Assembly: GCA_965644295.1 (NCBI GenBank)
Contig: CBFFRP010000133.1
Span: 62,001-126,000 of the forward strand
Source: Paraphysomonas bandaiensis
Lineage: Eukaryota > Protista > Chrysophyceae
DNA length: 64,000 nt
Direction of reading: 5' to 3'
This document shows, piece after piece, positions 48,749-61,996 of this stretch. The notes beneath the pieces are model-generated. The model was not told where the DNA came from. It did no database searches and saw only the letters and a list, made by a program, of their open reading frames with translations. A program made the translations under genes and the position numbers. Each line of letters begins with the position of its first letter. Position 1 is the stretch's first letter.

Positions 48749-49200
48749 TGTATCGCCAGCTCAAACAGTACTCTACACCTCTCCACATGTATGTACAGTA
48801 CTTCTCTTAATATAGTATATATATCCTATAGTGATATAAACATAAGAAATGTACATAATCAGTTTAATCTGTGACTTTTTATCAAATGAAGCAATCGCCT
48901 CTTTTTCTTTCACACAACAATACAAACATTCAATTTTGTTTGTCCTATATACAGCCGTACACAAAACACTGCATAATATAACACCATACACCTCTATGTG
49001 CCCTATGCATATCTTATACAGTCACTTCAAGTACTAAACTGAAAATAACATCCTCTCATTTCTCTACGCACCCCTGTGATCTGTCTACTCGTTCCCAACG
49101 ATCAGACATATCAAATGGCGAAACAAATTGCCCTGCAGGGGTTTAGTCATAACATCGGCAACATTGTTGGCAGAATCAACATACTGTAGGACTATCCACC
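48749..49200 (-). mobile_element. Ty1/copia 3' fragment: RNase H C-terminus, PPT and 3' LTR
   Basis: Minus strand 'WIVLQYVDSANNVADVMTKPLQGNLFRHL..*', then purine tract ACAGGGG, then ~320 bp beginning (C/T)GTAG and ending ..GATACA at 48749. Confidence 0.8.
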
Positions 49201-49893
49201 TAAATATATATATGTATATGTCCTGTATTATATATTAAGTGTAGTACGGTATATACTTGTAGTAAGGAATACAATGTACAATGTAGGGAAATGTGATCGT
49301 TGGGTTTAAGTTTAGAGCCGTTGATATTGTATAGATGTGTATTATTCATAATTCAGTTTCATATAATAATCTGCCCCATTCTGAGAGCGTACCCTAGTGA
49401 AGTGCTAGTGTTGACTAAGCTAAGTAACGTATAGATTATTAATAAAAATCTCAGCGTATTATTCGTGTGTTGGCATCAAGAAAGCTCTAGCTAGATCTAC
49501 ACTATACCTGCATAGCCTATATGAGATTACGAGAAACCCCGCGCATTCTAGGGGAGGGAGGGGGGCGGCCAATGTCACACTAGACCTATACTGAGTCATG
49601 CATGGTCACGAGAATCCCCGCGTAATCTTTGTTAGGTAATGATGGAAAGGTACACATGGTCCTAATAGAATCTGCGCGAATTACATATATAAAAGTCATG
49701 CATAATTATGAGAAATCCCGCGTAATCTCAGCAAAGGTTAACACAGGTGGGGGGAACAACAGAATCTGCGCGTGATCTATATGGTCAGCTAAGCTAGCAC
49801 ACGGGTGGGTGGGTAGTAGAATTTGTGCTATATCTTGGTGTTATAGGTGGGGCACCAGCCAGCCTACATTATGGCCACGCCCTTGCCCCATAT

Positions 49894-50160
49894 TGACAGC
49901 GTAACTAATTACTGCGTGCGGCCCCCTAGTGGGTGCGGCTGAGTGCTGCTGCGATTGATCGCCTCTACCTATGTACACATTGCTCAGTTCAGCACTACCC
50001 CACCCGGGGTCTCACTGCATATTCAGCGCTGAATACCATGTGATAATGATGTAGCTAGTTGGGTTCAGTAGGTAGCTAGCAAATAACGTATGGGACTTAA
50101 ATCAAATATTAGTTAGGTACCCACCCGCCCCCCATCCGAATCTACCTAAGTACGCGCTCA
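49894..50160 (+). repeat. Dispersed ~265-bp repeat, copy 2
   Basis: Homologous to 9037-9304. Confidence 0.7.
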
Positions 50161-50589
50161 GACTGGGGCACCCCCCACCCGTATTCCTAAATACAACTGT
50201 AGTACAGTATTCCCATATGTGATCAACTTGGCCACTGGGACTAAGGAGAGTGTCCCACACAACTCATTTGACCACCATCCTTTTCTTACCCTAAGTCGCC
50301 GTGGACCAGGCCGCATGGTTACAGGTAGACTATTGGCATCTATTTATCGGGTATAGTACTGTGCTTATAAGTACTGTAGATCAATTACTTTCATTTATTT
50401 TATAATGGCACATAATTTTTAATGCACTATACTTTGTACTTCTTTGGTCACGGGCTAATTTGTTACACTAGATAAAATGTGTCAATTTAGAGGTAGTTAT
50501 TAAAGTATTATCAAGTATCATTTTATTATGATGTAGCAATAACCTTTGGCACATCATATAAATATATGTAGTATATTCGAATGATTTGC

Positions 50590-52554
50590 TTAATCTCTAT
50601 GGCCATTATCGTTTAATATACGAACGATAGATCTATAAACTTCGTCGTCATAACTCTGCGACAATGCGCTTTCATTAACAAGGTTCCCAGTCATAAATTC
50701 TACTAAACGTGGTGAAACTTGTTCTAATTCTGTTAAGGTCTCAAACATTTTTTCTGTGATTCTGCCGTGAATGCTGCCGTGAGCATCCATATCATCGTTC
50801 GCGCTATCAGAAGAATCGTCAAACTCAAAAGCGCAGAGTTTAAACAATCGCTGTACATCATTTCCTGGCGTATGTAATAAAGATTTTCCAACAGACATTG
50901 CAGTGAAAAACCTAAGTACCAGCTGAGCCTTGGCCTCGGAGTGTAAATATGCATCAACAGTTCCAAATGAAGTTATGAGACGTAGTAACTCAGGATGCGC
51001 CATATAATGCAGATCACAAAAATTCAGATGATCTGACCCTTTGACGGTTGCGTTAAACACCGTGACATCAGAAGAACGCTCCACCAGATCCTTACGAAAC
51101 AGAGCCTGATACTTAGAAAAAGCCCACAACTCACTTGACACCATAAGTGTAGGGCACTTCAAACCAGCGACACGATCGGCATCGGGGACGGGATACATCC
51201 AAGAGTCCACTAAAACAAAAAGTAAGGGAAGTTGAACTTACTAAGGAACATAAATGCATTTGATTCGAAAGAGTCAGAACAGTGACTGTTGTGACATGTA
51301 GCTACAAGTATTATAGCAGCAACTTACAATACAACACACATGTGTATGACAATAAGTTTCCGACATCTATCAAACGAGCTGTGGACAGAAGTATATGTAT
51401 GCACACTTACATAAAACGCAACTCGTAACGCGTTTGTCTCTACAGGCTACAGTGGCACATGTGCCACCGCCAAACGAATGTCCAAATAAATTCACCTGCT
51501 TCATGTCGATTGCATACTCCTTAGATATTTCGGGTCGCGACAAATGGTCGATGAGAGTGATAACTTCTTTGGCTCGGCGATCCATTCCACCCATGTAATA
51601 CATCCGTTCATCACGACTACCAGGTTTGATACTTTCCGGCAGTAGGTAGTCATAAACAATACTGTCTGCGGGAGAGTTGTATGGCCGTGCCATCATAGCG
51701 GATGGTAAATGGTCGACCGCGTAGACAATGTAACCGTTAGAGGCTAATTTCTCACAAATAGAAGAAGAAAGTTGGCGCCAAGAGTACATTCCATGCGAGT
51801 ATATTGCTATCGGGAAACCCCTCGTAGTACGTTTATCAGGCTGCTCAGCAAGAATAGATTGAAAATCTACCTTATGGATATCCTGAATGTGCTCAGAATT
51901 TGTCCGCGCGAGTGAAATATGAGAAAACAAGAACGATGGCAGCTTAGAATCACTCGCAGTTTGCTCCATCAGGTCCAAGCACTCCTGTGTTTGGTGTAGT
52001 GGGTGACCAGATGACCATATTACACTATGCGGAGAATAAACAATGGAATAATACAGTTGTTGCAAAAAAGTTGGAGGCTTTGTGCTTAACGGAAACCAAC
52101 ACTGGGCGAACAACTCATACGATGTTTGACCTTTGTAAAGTTGAGAGCCTTCAGGTAACGTAATAGGAATATGAAATGAATGCGTGCCAATTCGTTTGTA
52201 GCATCCGGTTAGTCCCGTGGGGCTGGGTACAGGTACTAGTGCTATTAACACTCCTGTAGTGAGGGCCACTAGACTCAAAATCCAACCAGCTAAATGATAC
52301 TCAAACCACAAACCCCTTCCCGAATAATTCCATAAATAAGAGACAGAAATAATAAAATTAATGGAAAAAAGAGGGAGAGTTCTCCAGTGGGGCTTGAGAC
52401 TGAGGGATGGAGACATGAGGTAGTTGTGGATGGCCATAGTACTGCATAAGCAGGATAAACTCCCATATGATATCCCCTCAGGCCACTGCAGGCCAATCAG
52501 CAATCCCACTGCAAGGTGAGCCACCACTATGCAGCGAATATAGAGTTCCCACAT
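50590..52554 (-). CDS. PAF-acetylhydrolase-like alpha/beta hydrolase with N-terminal TM helices
   Basis: 'FPIAIYSHG', 'LASNGYIVYAVDH', nucleophile 'GHSFGG', 'DSWM', 'GSDHLNFCD'; one intron near 51213-51410. Confidence 0.85.
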
Positions 52555-52793
52555 TATGATATTGATGGTTTGAATGATGAAGAGTTGCAGTGCTGTAAAA
52601 TATGATGATGATGCTATGCATGCGGTCTATACGTATTCTATTCTGGATGTCCTGTAGGGTGATTTATATGTGTGTAATTTCATGTCAATATCTGGAGCAT
52701 ATGATTGGACAAGGCGGTGGTGTTGACAATGTCCATCATATTCCGGAATGATTCTGTGTATCTGAACCATTCGCTGGCTAGCTATACGGTATA

Positions 52794-55340
52794 CCTACAA
52801 ACCTGGTAAATCGGGGCCCCCAGAAAAATCGGGGCCCCCACAAACCAAAAAACAGTCCCATATGACCGTCAATAAACCACCTTAACAAACACTAATTCCT
52901 TCAATAACTACACACCCAATCAACTAACACATACAACGCCATGTCCCTCGTATGCACGAGTGTTCATATCATAAGGACACCTCTCAGCTCATCCATACTA
53001 CTGCTGCTTTCAACCAGCAATATGAGGTGAACAACTGTGTCTGCAGTGTTCCTGGTGTCCATCCGCTGTGCTCCGTAAAGCCTTCATTTACACTTTACAC
53101 TGGTAAGAATGGAGATAATTAGAGACATTGACTCTATGTGATGTGGTGTGTGTTTTCATATGAAGGCTCGGGAATCTTAATGCTCTGTCTATAATGTATA
53201 TATTATATATGTGGCCTCATACTAGCGGACTGATTCCTTATGCCATAGAGTGACTCTGGGTAGAGAATCTACATTGAAGATTATTTACTTTCCTCCAATA
53301 CAGCTTGAGTAATCTCTCTGGCTTGTTAAAAGTAACCTATTGGCGTAGGTTTGTTTCGTTACGTGCTCTACGTGGAGTGTAGATATCACTCCACTATCGC
53401 CCTATAGGAATTGCCATTTGATCTCCCTGGCTTTTCCGGAACGCAACACCTCTCACAGAGATCACCACGTTTGCTTGATGACTACGTACCATGTACAGTA
53501 GGTTCACGATGCAACTTGTATTTATGTTAGTCCTGCCTTGTATAATATAGGTCCTTGACTGATTGTGTAACATTTCCGTGTGCCTTATATGTAATATCTA
53601 ATTAAGATAGTTTCATCCTGCCTTTGTTTGTATTTAGAAATCAGATATCCACGAATTGAAGAAGAAACGCACTATATTCTACCATATTATTATACCATTA
53701 TTTGCTTCATACTGCAACACGTGTATTACATTACATACCACTGAGAGTATTAATGTACAATATAGTAGAAAAGCAAATGATCATTAAGTTAAAGAATAAC
53801 TAGTCTATAAAGCAGGAAAGTAATCAACAAAACTGTAATGAACGTATAATATAACAAGATATTTCGAATGTTAAATCATAAGCTACCTCGTAATTGTTAG
53901 ATTTGATAGTACATTAGGCGCATCATTCACTTGCTAAATGCAAACTTCTTCCTTTTCTGCTCTCAAAGATGTCTTCAGCTACCTTTTCTGCCGCGGATAA
54001 TTAGGCCAACTTTATCAATGATATTGGCCGCTTTCTTTCTTCTTGTACTCTTACGGCTTTAGCACAGCGGTCCTCTTCTCTCATAAGCGTGAGCTCTGCT
54101 GCAGGCCGTTTTCTTTCAGCAGGATCTCTTGAAGCCATTTCCTCCCGATATTGGCAACTACGCTCTCGTGACTCACTATTTCAGACCAATGACAGATATG
54201 GGTCAGTTCATCTATGTTGATGTTCGTATGTCCCGGTGATATGCCCGAAACAATAATCTCAGGGTAAGTAACAGTTCCACGAAGTTTTACATAGGACACC
54301 GTCGGAAGAAAACGTTTCCTGCTTTATAGACTAGTTATTCTTTAACTTAATGATCATTTGCTTTTCTACTATATTGTACATTAATACTCTCAGTGGTATG
54401 TAATGTAATACACGTGTTGCAGTATGAAGCAAATAATGGTATAATAATATGGTAGAATATAGTGCGTTTCTTCTTCAATTCGTGGATATCTGATTTCTAA
54501 ATACAAACAAAGGCAGGATGAAACTATCTTAATTAGATATTACATATAAGGCACACGGAAACGTTACACAATCAGTCAAGGACCTATATTATACAAGGCA
54601 GGACTAACATAAATACAAGTTGCATCGTGAACCTACTGTAAATGGTACGTAGTCATCAAGCAAACGTGGTGATCTCTGTGAGAGGTGTTGCGTTCCGGAA
54701 AAGCCAGGGAGATCAAATGGCAATTCCTATAGGGCGATAGTGGAGTGATATCTACACTCCACGTAGAGCACGTAACGAAACAAACCTACGCCAATAGGTT
54801 ACTTTTAACAAGCCAGAGAGATTACTCAAGCTGTATTGGAGGAAAGTAAATAATCTTCAATGTAGATTCTCTACCCAGAGTCACTCTATGGCATAAGGAA
54901 TCAGTCCGCTAGTATGAGGCCACATATATAATATATACATTATAGACAGAGCATTAAGATTCCCGAGCCTTCATATGAAAACACACACCACATCACATAG
55001 AGTCAATGTCTCTAATTATCTCCATTCTTACCAGTGTAAAGTGTAAATGAAGGCTTTACGGAGCACAGCGGATGGACACCAGGAACACTGCAGACACAGT
55101 TGTTCACCTCATATTGCTGGTTGAAAGCAGCAGTAGTATGGATGAGCTGAGAGGTGTCCTTATGATATGAACACTCGTGCATACGAGGGACATGGCGTTG
55201 TATGTGTTAGTTGATTGGGTGTGTAGTTATTGAAGGAATTAGTGTTTGTTAAGGTGGTTTATTGACGGTCATATGGGACTGTTTTTTGGTTTGTGGGGGC
55301 CCCGATTTTTCTGGGGGCCCCGATTTACCAGGTTTGTAGG
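52794..55340. mobile_element. DNA element with ~1.03-kb near-perfect terminal inverted repeats and a ~0.5-kb spacer
   Basis: Arms ~52794-53819 and ~54314-55340 are reverse complements (two mismatches noticed); CCTACAAACC..GGTTTGTAGG flanked by TATA on both sides; spacer encodes 'IIVSGISPGHTNINIDE'. Confidence 0.85.
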
Positions 55341-55344
55341 TATA

Positions 55345-55525
55345 CAGGGGGTGGTTGTGCATATCGATTTCATCGATTTCATCAATATTTTGTTCATCAT
55401 ATATTTCATTGAAAAGTCATCGTTTTTTCATTAAAAAAGTCACTTTTTTTCACTTTTCACTGAAAAAACGGTGACTTTTCAATGAAATAAATGATGAACA
55501 AATCGATATGCACAACCACCCCCAG
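55345..55525. mobile_element. Tc1/mariner-type MITE
   Basis: TIR C(A/T)GGGGGTGGTTGTGCATATCGATTT at both ends; TA on both flanks. Confidence 0.8.
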
Positions 55526-55693
55526 TATCCTACACAATGCTGTGTAGTACAAGTGCGGTAGACTGAAATACTGCTGTATATAATTTTCTAGGCATTGTCA
55601 TGTAGAGTATAGTCGATACAGCAGCTCATAGTGTCTGAGAGTGACAGATATATATATATAATTCTCCCATGAGCTAGTACACCCCGATAACCT

Positions 55694-56899
55694 ATGGCCT
55701 CTATGACGAACAAGGATATGTTGGCATTTTTTCTCGCTGGACTGTTGAATAACAGCAGCTATGTGATTATGATAGCAGGGGCTAAAGACATCTCGCCTGA
55801 GATGGTGGGACTAGTGTATGTCTCCGCTATGATCCCCTCATTCGTTATCAAAGTATCTGGGCCTTATTGGTATCATTTGCTAAACTATCGGACGCGTATG
55901 CTTTTAGCTTCCTGGCTTATGACTGGCTGCTTCATCACAGTGGCTGTGGGCGGTATCTTTCAGATGATCGAAGTGCAGCTATTTGGTGTTGTGTTAGGAT
56001 CCACGCAACAGGGTTTCGGAGAAGCATCCTTTTTAGCTTATACTGCATTCTTCAATAGCAGACAGGCACTAACGGCATGGTCAAGTGGCACAGGCATTGC
56101 AGGTATATTTGGTTATGCTTGGGTCGTGGTATTCACCATGGGTCTCGGTGCGAGCTATGAATTCACGTTGTTTTGTGCGGTGGTACTACCTGTAGTATTT
56201 TGGTTGAACTATATATATCTCTTTACTCCGCCAACTATTGCGAGAGAAACAAACCACAAATCCATTGACAAGGGGGGTGTATATTCCCCACTTGCAGACA
56301 CAGAAGACTCTGAAATCACAGACCGGAAGAGTACTGGCGAACTTGATTTGTCCGCCGCAGCGTACGAGATGTCTATGAAAGATAGGATTGACAATACCCT
56401 TGCACTGTGGCCATTTATGGTTCCCCTTTTTGTTGTATACTTTGCCGAGTATGCGATGCAATCGGGTGTTTGGGCCGCTATTGGGTTTCCAGTTGATAGT
56501 GATCACGCAAGGGACCAGTTTTACATATACAGCAATTGGATGTATCAATTAGGGGTTTTCGTGAGTAGATCGAGTGGTATGTTGTGGAAGGCAGACATGC
56601 TTTCACTATGGATGATGCCGACACTGCAGCTTTTCCTTCTTGTGTTCTTCATACTCGATGCATATTTCATGTGGTGGTACGATTGGTCACTACTACTTCT
56701 GTGTTTTGTTGTGGGTTTATTCGGGGGTGCTGTCTATGTTGGTGGGTATGCATTGATGGCTGAAACCGTGCCCCCACATCTGAAAGAGTTTTCACTCTCC
56801 GCGTCCGGTGTATCGGTTGATATTGGGGTCGCTCTGGCAGATGTGGCCGGAATACTTATTCAACAAGCTCTATATGATCACCATGATTTGTCAGACTGA
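55694..56899 (+). CDS. CLN3: Battenin (CLN3/Btn1 family)
   Basis: Intronless 401 aa multi-TM; 'AFFLAGLLNNSSYVIMIAGAKDI', 'GFGEASFL', 'AWSSGTGIAG', 'PLFVVYFAEY', 'YQLGVFVSRSS', 'GLFGGAVYV'. Confidence 0.95.
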   Translation: MASMTNKDMLAFFLAGLLNNSSYVIMIAGAKDISPEMVGLVYVSAMIPSFVIKVSGPYWYHLLNYRTRMLLASWLMTGCFITVAVGGIFQMIEVQLFGVVLGSTQQGFGEASFLAYTAFFNSRQALTAWSSGTGIAGIFGYAWVVVFTMGLGASYEFTLFCAVVLPVVFWLNYIYLFTPPTIARETNHKSIDKGGVYSPLADTEDSEITDRKSTGELDLSAAAYEMSMKDRIDNTLALWPFMVPLFVVYFAEYAMQSGVWAAIGFPVDSDHARDQFYIYSNWMYQLGVFVSRSSGMLWKADMLSLWMMPTLQLFLLVFFILDAYFMWWYDWSLLLLCFVVGLFGGAVYVGGYALMAETVPPHLKEFSLSASGVSVDIGVALADVAGILIQQALYDHHDLSD

Positions 56900-57037
56900 T
56901 AACATACCGTTTAATGGTCTTTTGGTTTTCCGTAGTTGCAACAGAGGGTTTTGTGTCGATGTTTCAATTGGTTAGTATTCTAATAGAAGTCGTGTGGCAT
57001 AGTACTTCGTTAATAGAGCAAATTTGTGTTATGATAT

Positions 57038-58309
57038 GGGATCTATTATTGGACCTAGTCAAAATTAGTGTAATTTCCTAGTCACACCAGAAATAGTGTA
57101 AAACTTAGTCAAGGGGTAGAAAATCTAGTCTATAAATAATTAATATTTCAGTTTATAATAATCTTCTGGTTGACTATGAAAATAAGGTATTTTATGGTAT
57201 TTACCTAGTCATCAATTAATGAAGGCAGATATTGCATTAATGCTTGCTTTGACTAGAGTTTTACACTTAATTGAACCTTGGGCTACAATATACATACGTA
57301 ACAGGGATCGGTAACAACATATTGCAATACTATTGTTAGATATTAGATAGCATTCCGTCAATAGTAATGATGGAGCTTTTAAACCGGCCCAACTACACAC
57401 TACACTATTGTAATATACTGTGAGCTGTGAGCTACCCTAACAGAAACAATATTGATGGCATATTTGGCCACCAATCAATATATTGTTCCCTATCTCTGAT
57501 ATGTACCATTTGAAATATTTAGATTGTAAAAGAACTTAAGTAACTGAACGTTGAACTCACACATTTATCAGTAAATTTAGAATCAATGTCCTATCATTCA
57601 ATAATATTCGCAACAATTATATTCTCTCAACTACCAATCAATGTTATTATATCTTATATAGACACAATCTTATACCGTAAAAATTTTTCAGTTTTACTAC
57701 AAGTATTCCTGCATTATCTATAGTTTAGGTAATACTGTTTATTTAATTACTAATATATTCTTCAACTATCGGTATATCGAACGCACTGCAAAATCCTTTC
57801 AAGATGCCTTTTGGTTTCGAAACCAATCATTTGAGTATGTTGTTTTGTGTGAGAGGTCGCTGCATGTTGTTGTCATATCTGTGCATTGTAATTGATATAA
57901 ATATAAGTGACACTGATAACCCCCCTGACGGCAAGATTTCATGACGTTTGATTCGAAGGGATCTTGAACAAATATATGAATATTGAATATTCTGTTCAGA
58001 AAACAAAAAGGAGTGGATTCCTGTCTATGCTACTTGAGTTGTGCAGTCCTGCCTATGATACTATGAATAATCTCTTTTTCTATACTCTAACTTTTCTTTG
58101 ATCTGATCTACGCTGCGTTGGTTTCACTTTACCTGCTGAGTGACTTCATCGTTCTGTAATGCGTAGTTATATGCGAGTACATTTTATGACTAGGTTAAGA
58201 ACTAAAAAATGACTAGGTTGAATTATTTATTACTTTGACTAGGTTATTCCACCAAAAATAGTGTGACTAGGAAATTACACCAATTTGGCTAGGTCGAATA
58301 ATATTTCCC
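57038..58309. mobile_element. Degenerate TIR element with CTAGTCA subterminal motifs
   Basis: GGGATCTATTATTGGACCTAGTCAAAATTAGTGTAATTTCCTAGTCACAC is inverted-similar to 58261-58309; no clear TSD. Confidence 0.6.
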
Positions 58310-58609
58310 TTTGCAATACAACTTTCAATTGCTCACAAATAGCAAACCTCAAACACATATAACATATATGATCGAGTGGAAGTGAAAGACGTATATGTTA
58401 TAGGTGTCGTGCTATCAGATCATTTGAATAGATCTTATATTGTTTATTATTATATTGTAAAATAAGTAACCGCAAGAAATAATATATTAGTTACTTAGTA
58501 ATAAGCTATTGTACAGTAAATATATGAACGGCATCTATACATCTCTACTTCTGAATTAATGTTGCATATTATCTATGACACTTCACTACCCTACTAATAT
58601 TTGCAGTTC

Positions 58610-59269
58610 TTATCGTCGTCTTGACGCAGAAGGGGTAGTGTGAGTCCACTTCTTCAATAACTCAACATTCACACTGTCGTGGCCCTCTAATACCGCTTCA
58701 ATATGAGCCATTGTGTCTGATTCTGAGCCCCAAAACAATTCATTGTTAACATATATTGTTGGGACTCCGAACGCCCCAATACTAAGGGCTTCCTCAGTTT
58801 GAAACTTTAATCGTTTCTTTATATCATTCCTATCTCTCGCTTCCGTAATACATTCACTTCCATTCAGCCCGCACTCATAGACAATATCTGACACAACACC
58901 ACAGTTACTGATATCTTTGCCATGAAGCCATGCGGCATCAAGAAGTTTTCCTGTTAGCTGCCGTCGTGTGGGTGCACTCATATCTAAACTCGCCACACGC
59001 AGCGCGAGCAGAGGATTAAAAGGGTGATAAGGGGGAATAGACATGCTTAACCCATGAGAAGCAGCCCGCCGCATGACATCTTTGATTAGCCAAAGCCGTT
59101 TATTGGGTATTTCAGCCGGACCGAGCTGTCCATTGGCGTGCAAGAGTCCAGCGAAGAGTGTGGGGACTGGAACCAGATCTGCATTGTGCCGCTCGGCAAT
59201 AGAAAGAAGAGGTCTCCAAGCTAACCATGCATACGGAGATATGACATCGAAGTAGAACTTAATTTGCAT
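58610..59269 (-). CDS. DsbA-family 2-hydroxychromene-2-carboxylate isomerase / kappa-class GST-like protein
   Basis: MQIKFYFDVISPYAWL, 'GPAEIPNKR', 'HPFNPLLALR', 'GAFGVPTIYVNNELFWG'; intronless; upstream ORF extension probably non-coding. Confidence 0.9.
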   Translation of the reverse strand: MQIKFYFDVISPYAWLAWRPLLSIAERHNADLVPVPTLFAGLLHANGQLGPAEIPNKRLWLIKDVMRRAASHGLSMSIPPYHPFNPLLALRVASLDMSAPTRRQLTGKLLDAAWLHGKDISNCGVVSDIVYECGLNGSECITEARDRNDIKKRLKFQTEEALSIGAFGVPTIYVNNELFWGSESDTMAHIEAVLEGHDSVNVELLKKWTHTTPSASRRR

Positions 59270-59671
59270 GGTCAGTGTGATGTCAGTTGAATAGTATCGA
59301 TGTTGTAATAGTTTCGATTCATGATACCCAGATGGCATATAGAGAGAGACATGCATCTGCCAGTATCGCACTCTGGTCCGGTTTTTTGACTGTTGGACAA
59401 AATATACGTAATAAAACCAGAGATTTATAGAATGCACTCCCGAATTTGTTGCTCCTGGTTGTCCTGCACACCTTCGCTCTTGTAGCATTCCATGGAGTAA
59501 CATATCACTATATATCACTGCATGACAGCATTTCATTACATCCACTTACTTCTCTTATCACTCCGCACCCCACACTGCCATTGTTCAGTTAAATAGTGGA
59601 CTCTTAAGGCAGCTTGTAGAGGACCTTGTATTGGTTTCGTTTGCTGGTAATAAACACACCCCACAGCTCAT

Positions 59672-61365
59672 ATGATCAAACCAGTCCTCTCACGACCACA
59701 GACATTTTTTATTCGCCCTGCTCCAGGATGGCTGGATCTTGTTCTAGAAGAGGTTAAGGGTTTGGTATCTAGAACAAGTTCGAAGTATATGTATGGACCT
59801 AAAGTGTACATCCGTAATAATGGTGTCATGCTCAGTAACTGCGACTACAGACAATGTGTGTCAATAGTTTCAAATATTCTATGTGCGCATGATGTCGAGT
59901 GGATCATAGCGAGTAGTTCTTGCAAGTCTAGAAAGCATCTTCATAAGGTGATTGGCAATATTGATTTCAGTCTTTTCGTAGACCATAATATATCACATGG
60001 AGCGATTGTGGATAGTATTTCATTGCAATGCTATGCCAACCGAAGTTTTGTAAATTCTTCATCTCTTTTGAAAGAGTTGTTTTACAAGCACTTGCATAAA
60101 TACATGGGATGCGAGCGGAAAATAGCATCACAGTGGTTGTCCAGGGAAGCGTCTGACCCGTCTACTCGAGTACGCTTACATCTTGAACGTAACACCATTA
60201 CTTGTCATGTTAGCATGTCAGGTGCTGATATGCCAATATACAAGAGACGTTATAAGTCCCAGCTATGTAAAGAAGACATGAAGAATTCTGAGTCTGTCGC
60301 CGTTGCTCCCCTTCCTGAACACCATGCAGCCGCATGTTTCATGTGGATGATGAAGGAATGCAAACGATCTAGTGACAACGCTGTCGCAGAATGCGATATA
60401 AATCAGTCTGAAGAGAGGATACAGAATAAGTATAATAGAATCATTGTACCTTTTGCTGGAACAGGTATGCATTTGTTTCGTGAGTGTATGCAATACCTTC
60501 AGTGTCCCTGCAACAGTTATCTTTGATGTACACTTTGTAGAGTATATCACGTATTGCATGTATGCGCTGAGTTACTGAATCAGTATTACACTTATGGTTT
60601 ATTTGTACGTGCTCAGGAACGCTCGGTTTCGAGGCTATGTTATGTACTTGGGGTGTGGGTGGAGGGACTTTTTCGACACGAACTTTCTCCTGTGAGAAAT
60701 TTCTAGCTACTTCCGACGACAGCATGTTAAACGCACGACGAGTCTGTCGGGAACGTGTGGCTACTGCGGTTGGTGAGATGTATAATTCTGTTGGACCTAC
60801 AGGCTTTGCGACACCACAGCCAGTCGTGTATTTCTCCGACATAAACTCGCGAGCAGTGAAAACCGTGGAAGATAACATAAATTCGTTTGCGTCCTCCATG
60901 ACCGATTCGATTCATAGGATGAATTCTGGTTCTGATCCAATGTTTGACAATATGGATATCCAATTAGGTTGCGTTAAGAAACTGTTCGATGTTCCAAAAG
61001 TACTAGACTTTTTGCTATGCCCTGTTGAAGAAACTATTAACCCTTGTGTTCCTATTGGCAAGCCACTACATGTTGCAGTCCTACTTAATCCACCTTTTGG
61101 TACACGACTTGCAAAGAAATCATCTGCTTTAGGCTTATACCGAAAGTTGTCCCTCCGACTAACTGAAATGTGCATGTATCTACAAATGATTAAGGAGGAA
61201 AAAGTTAACGACGTATCTCTTTCGGGGTACTGTCTGTGTCCAGATGAGCAAACATGGTCAGTATTTGTATCTCATTTGTCTCAGCATTGCAGAAAAGTTA
61301 GCACTAAACATTTCAGTCATGGAGGAAAGGATATGAGAGTTGTTGCTTTTCAATACAATATATAG
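59672..61365 (+). CDS. THUMP/RlmL-like RNA guanine-N2 methyltransferase
   Basis: 'YKRRYK', 'APLPEHHAAA', 'VPFAGT|GTLGFEA' across an intron near 60465-60617, 'SDINSRAV', 'LNPPFGTRL'. Confidence 0.75.
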
Positions 61366-61996
61366 TGAACACGAAATAACACCTGTCAGCTTGAAGATGA
61401 CATTCAGATCTACCTGAAAAGATAACACAAGCATATTCCGTGTGCGTGATTGTGTTTGTTTGTTTATATTACAGCTTTTCAAGGTGTATTGAGAGCTGTA
61501 ATCAATTCTTAGTTTCGTTTTTTTCTGAGTTTAGCTTTCCTAGTATGTTCTTGTAACTATAACATATGTTTTTATTAATATAAGCAATCTAAAATTAAAT
61601 ATTTCAAGTCTATATTATGTAATGCATTCATGTGCATGTAATGTATATAACATATATACTGGTAGATAGCAGTATATATAGGGCTCGGACTCCTCAGCAA
61701 GTACCCCCAATTCCAACTTCACATCCATAAGCTAGGACATCATCGCAGGATCCAACAGCTGCTCCCCCTCATGTCGTATCCAGCCCCCATGTCTCACGTC
61801 ACGCTAACATATATATATATATAAGAATGTCTGATATCTCACGCTCACATATAGCAATGCCCCACTCCTACATCACGGAACCGCAGAGTCGGCGTCTTCA
61901 CTACTTCTTTCTCTGCCGCAGGTCCAAATTGCGTACTACACTTCAACCATTCAATGTCTCTCACGCTCGATACGCTCACTATATACCCTAATACAG

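Noticed and set aside
9037-50160. The two ~265-bp repeats as paired LTRs of one element
   Set aside because: They are 41 kb apart, diverged, enclose ordinary genes and have no shared TSD
59270-59545. N-terminal extension of the DsbA-family ORF
   Set aside because: The family normally starts just before FYFD; the extension begins at GTG and overlaps the divergent promoter
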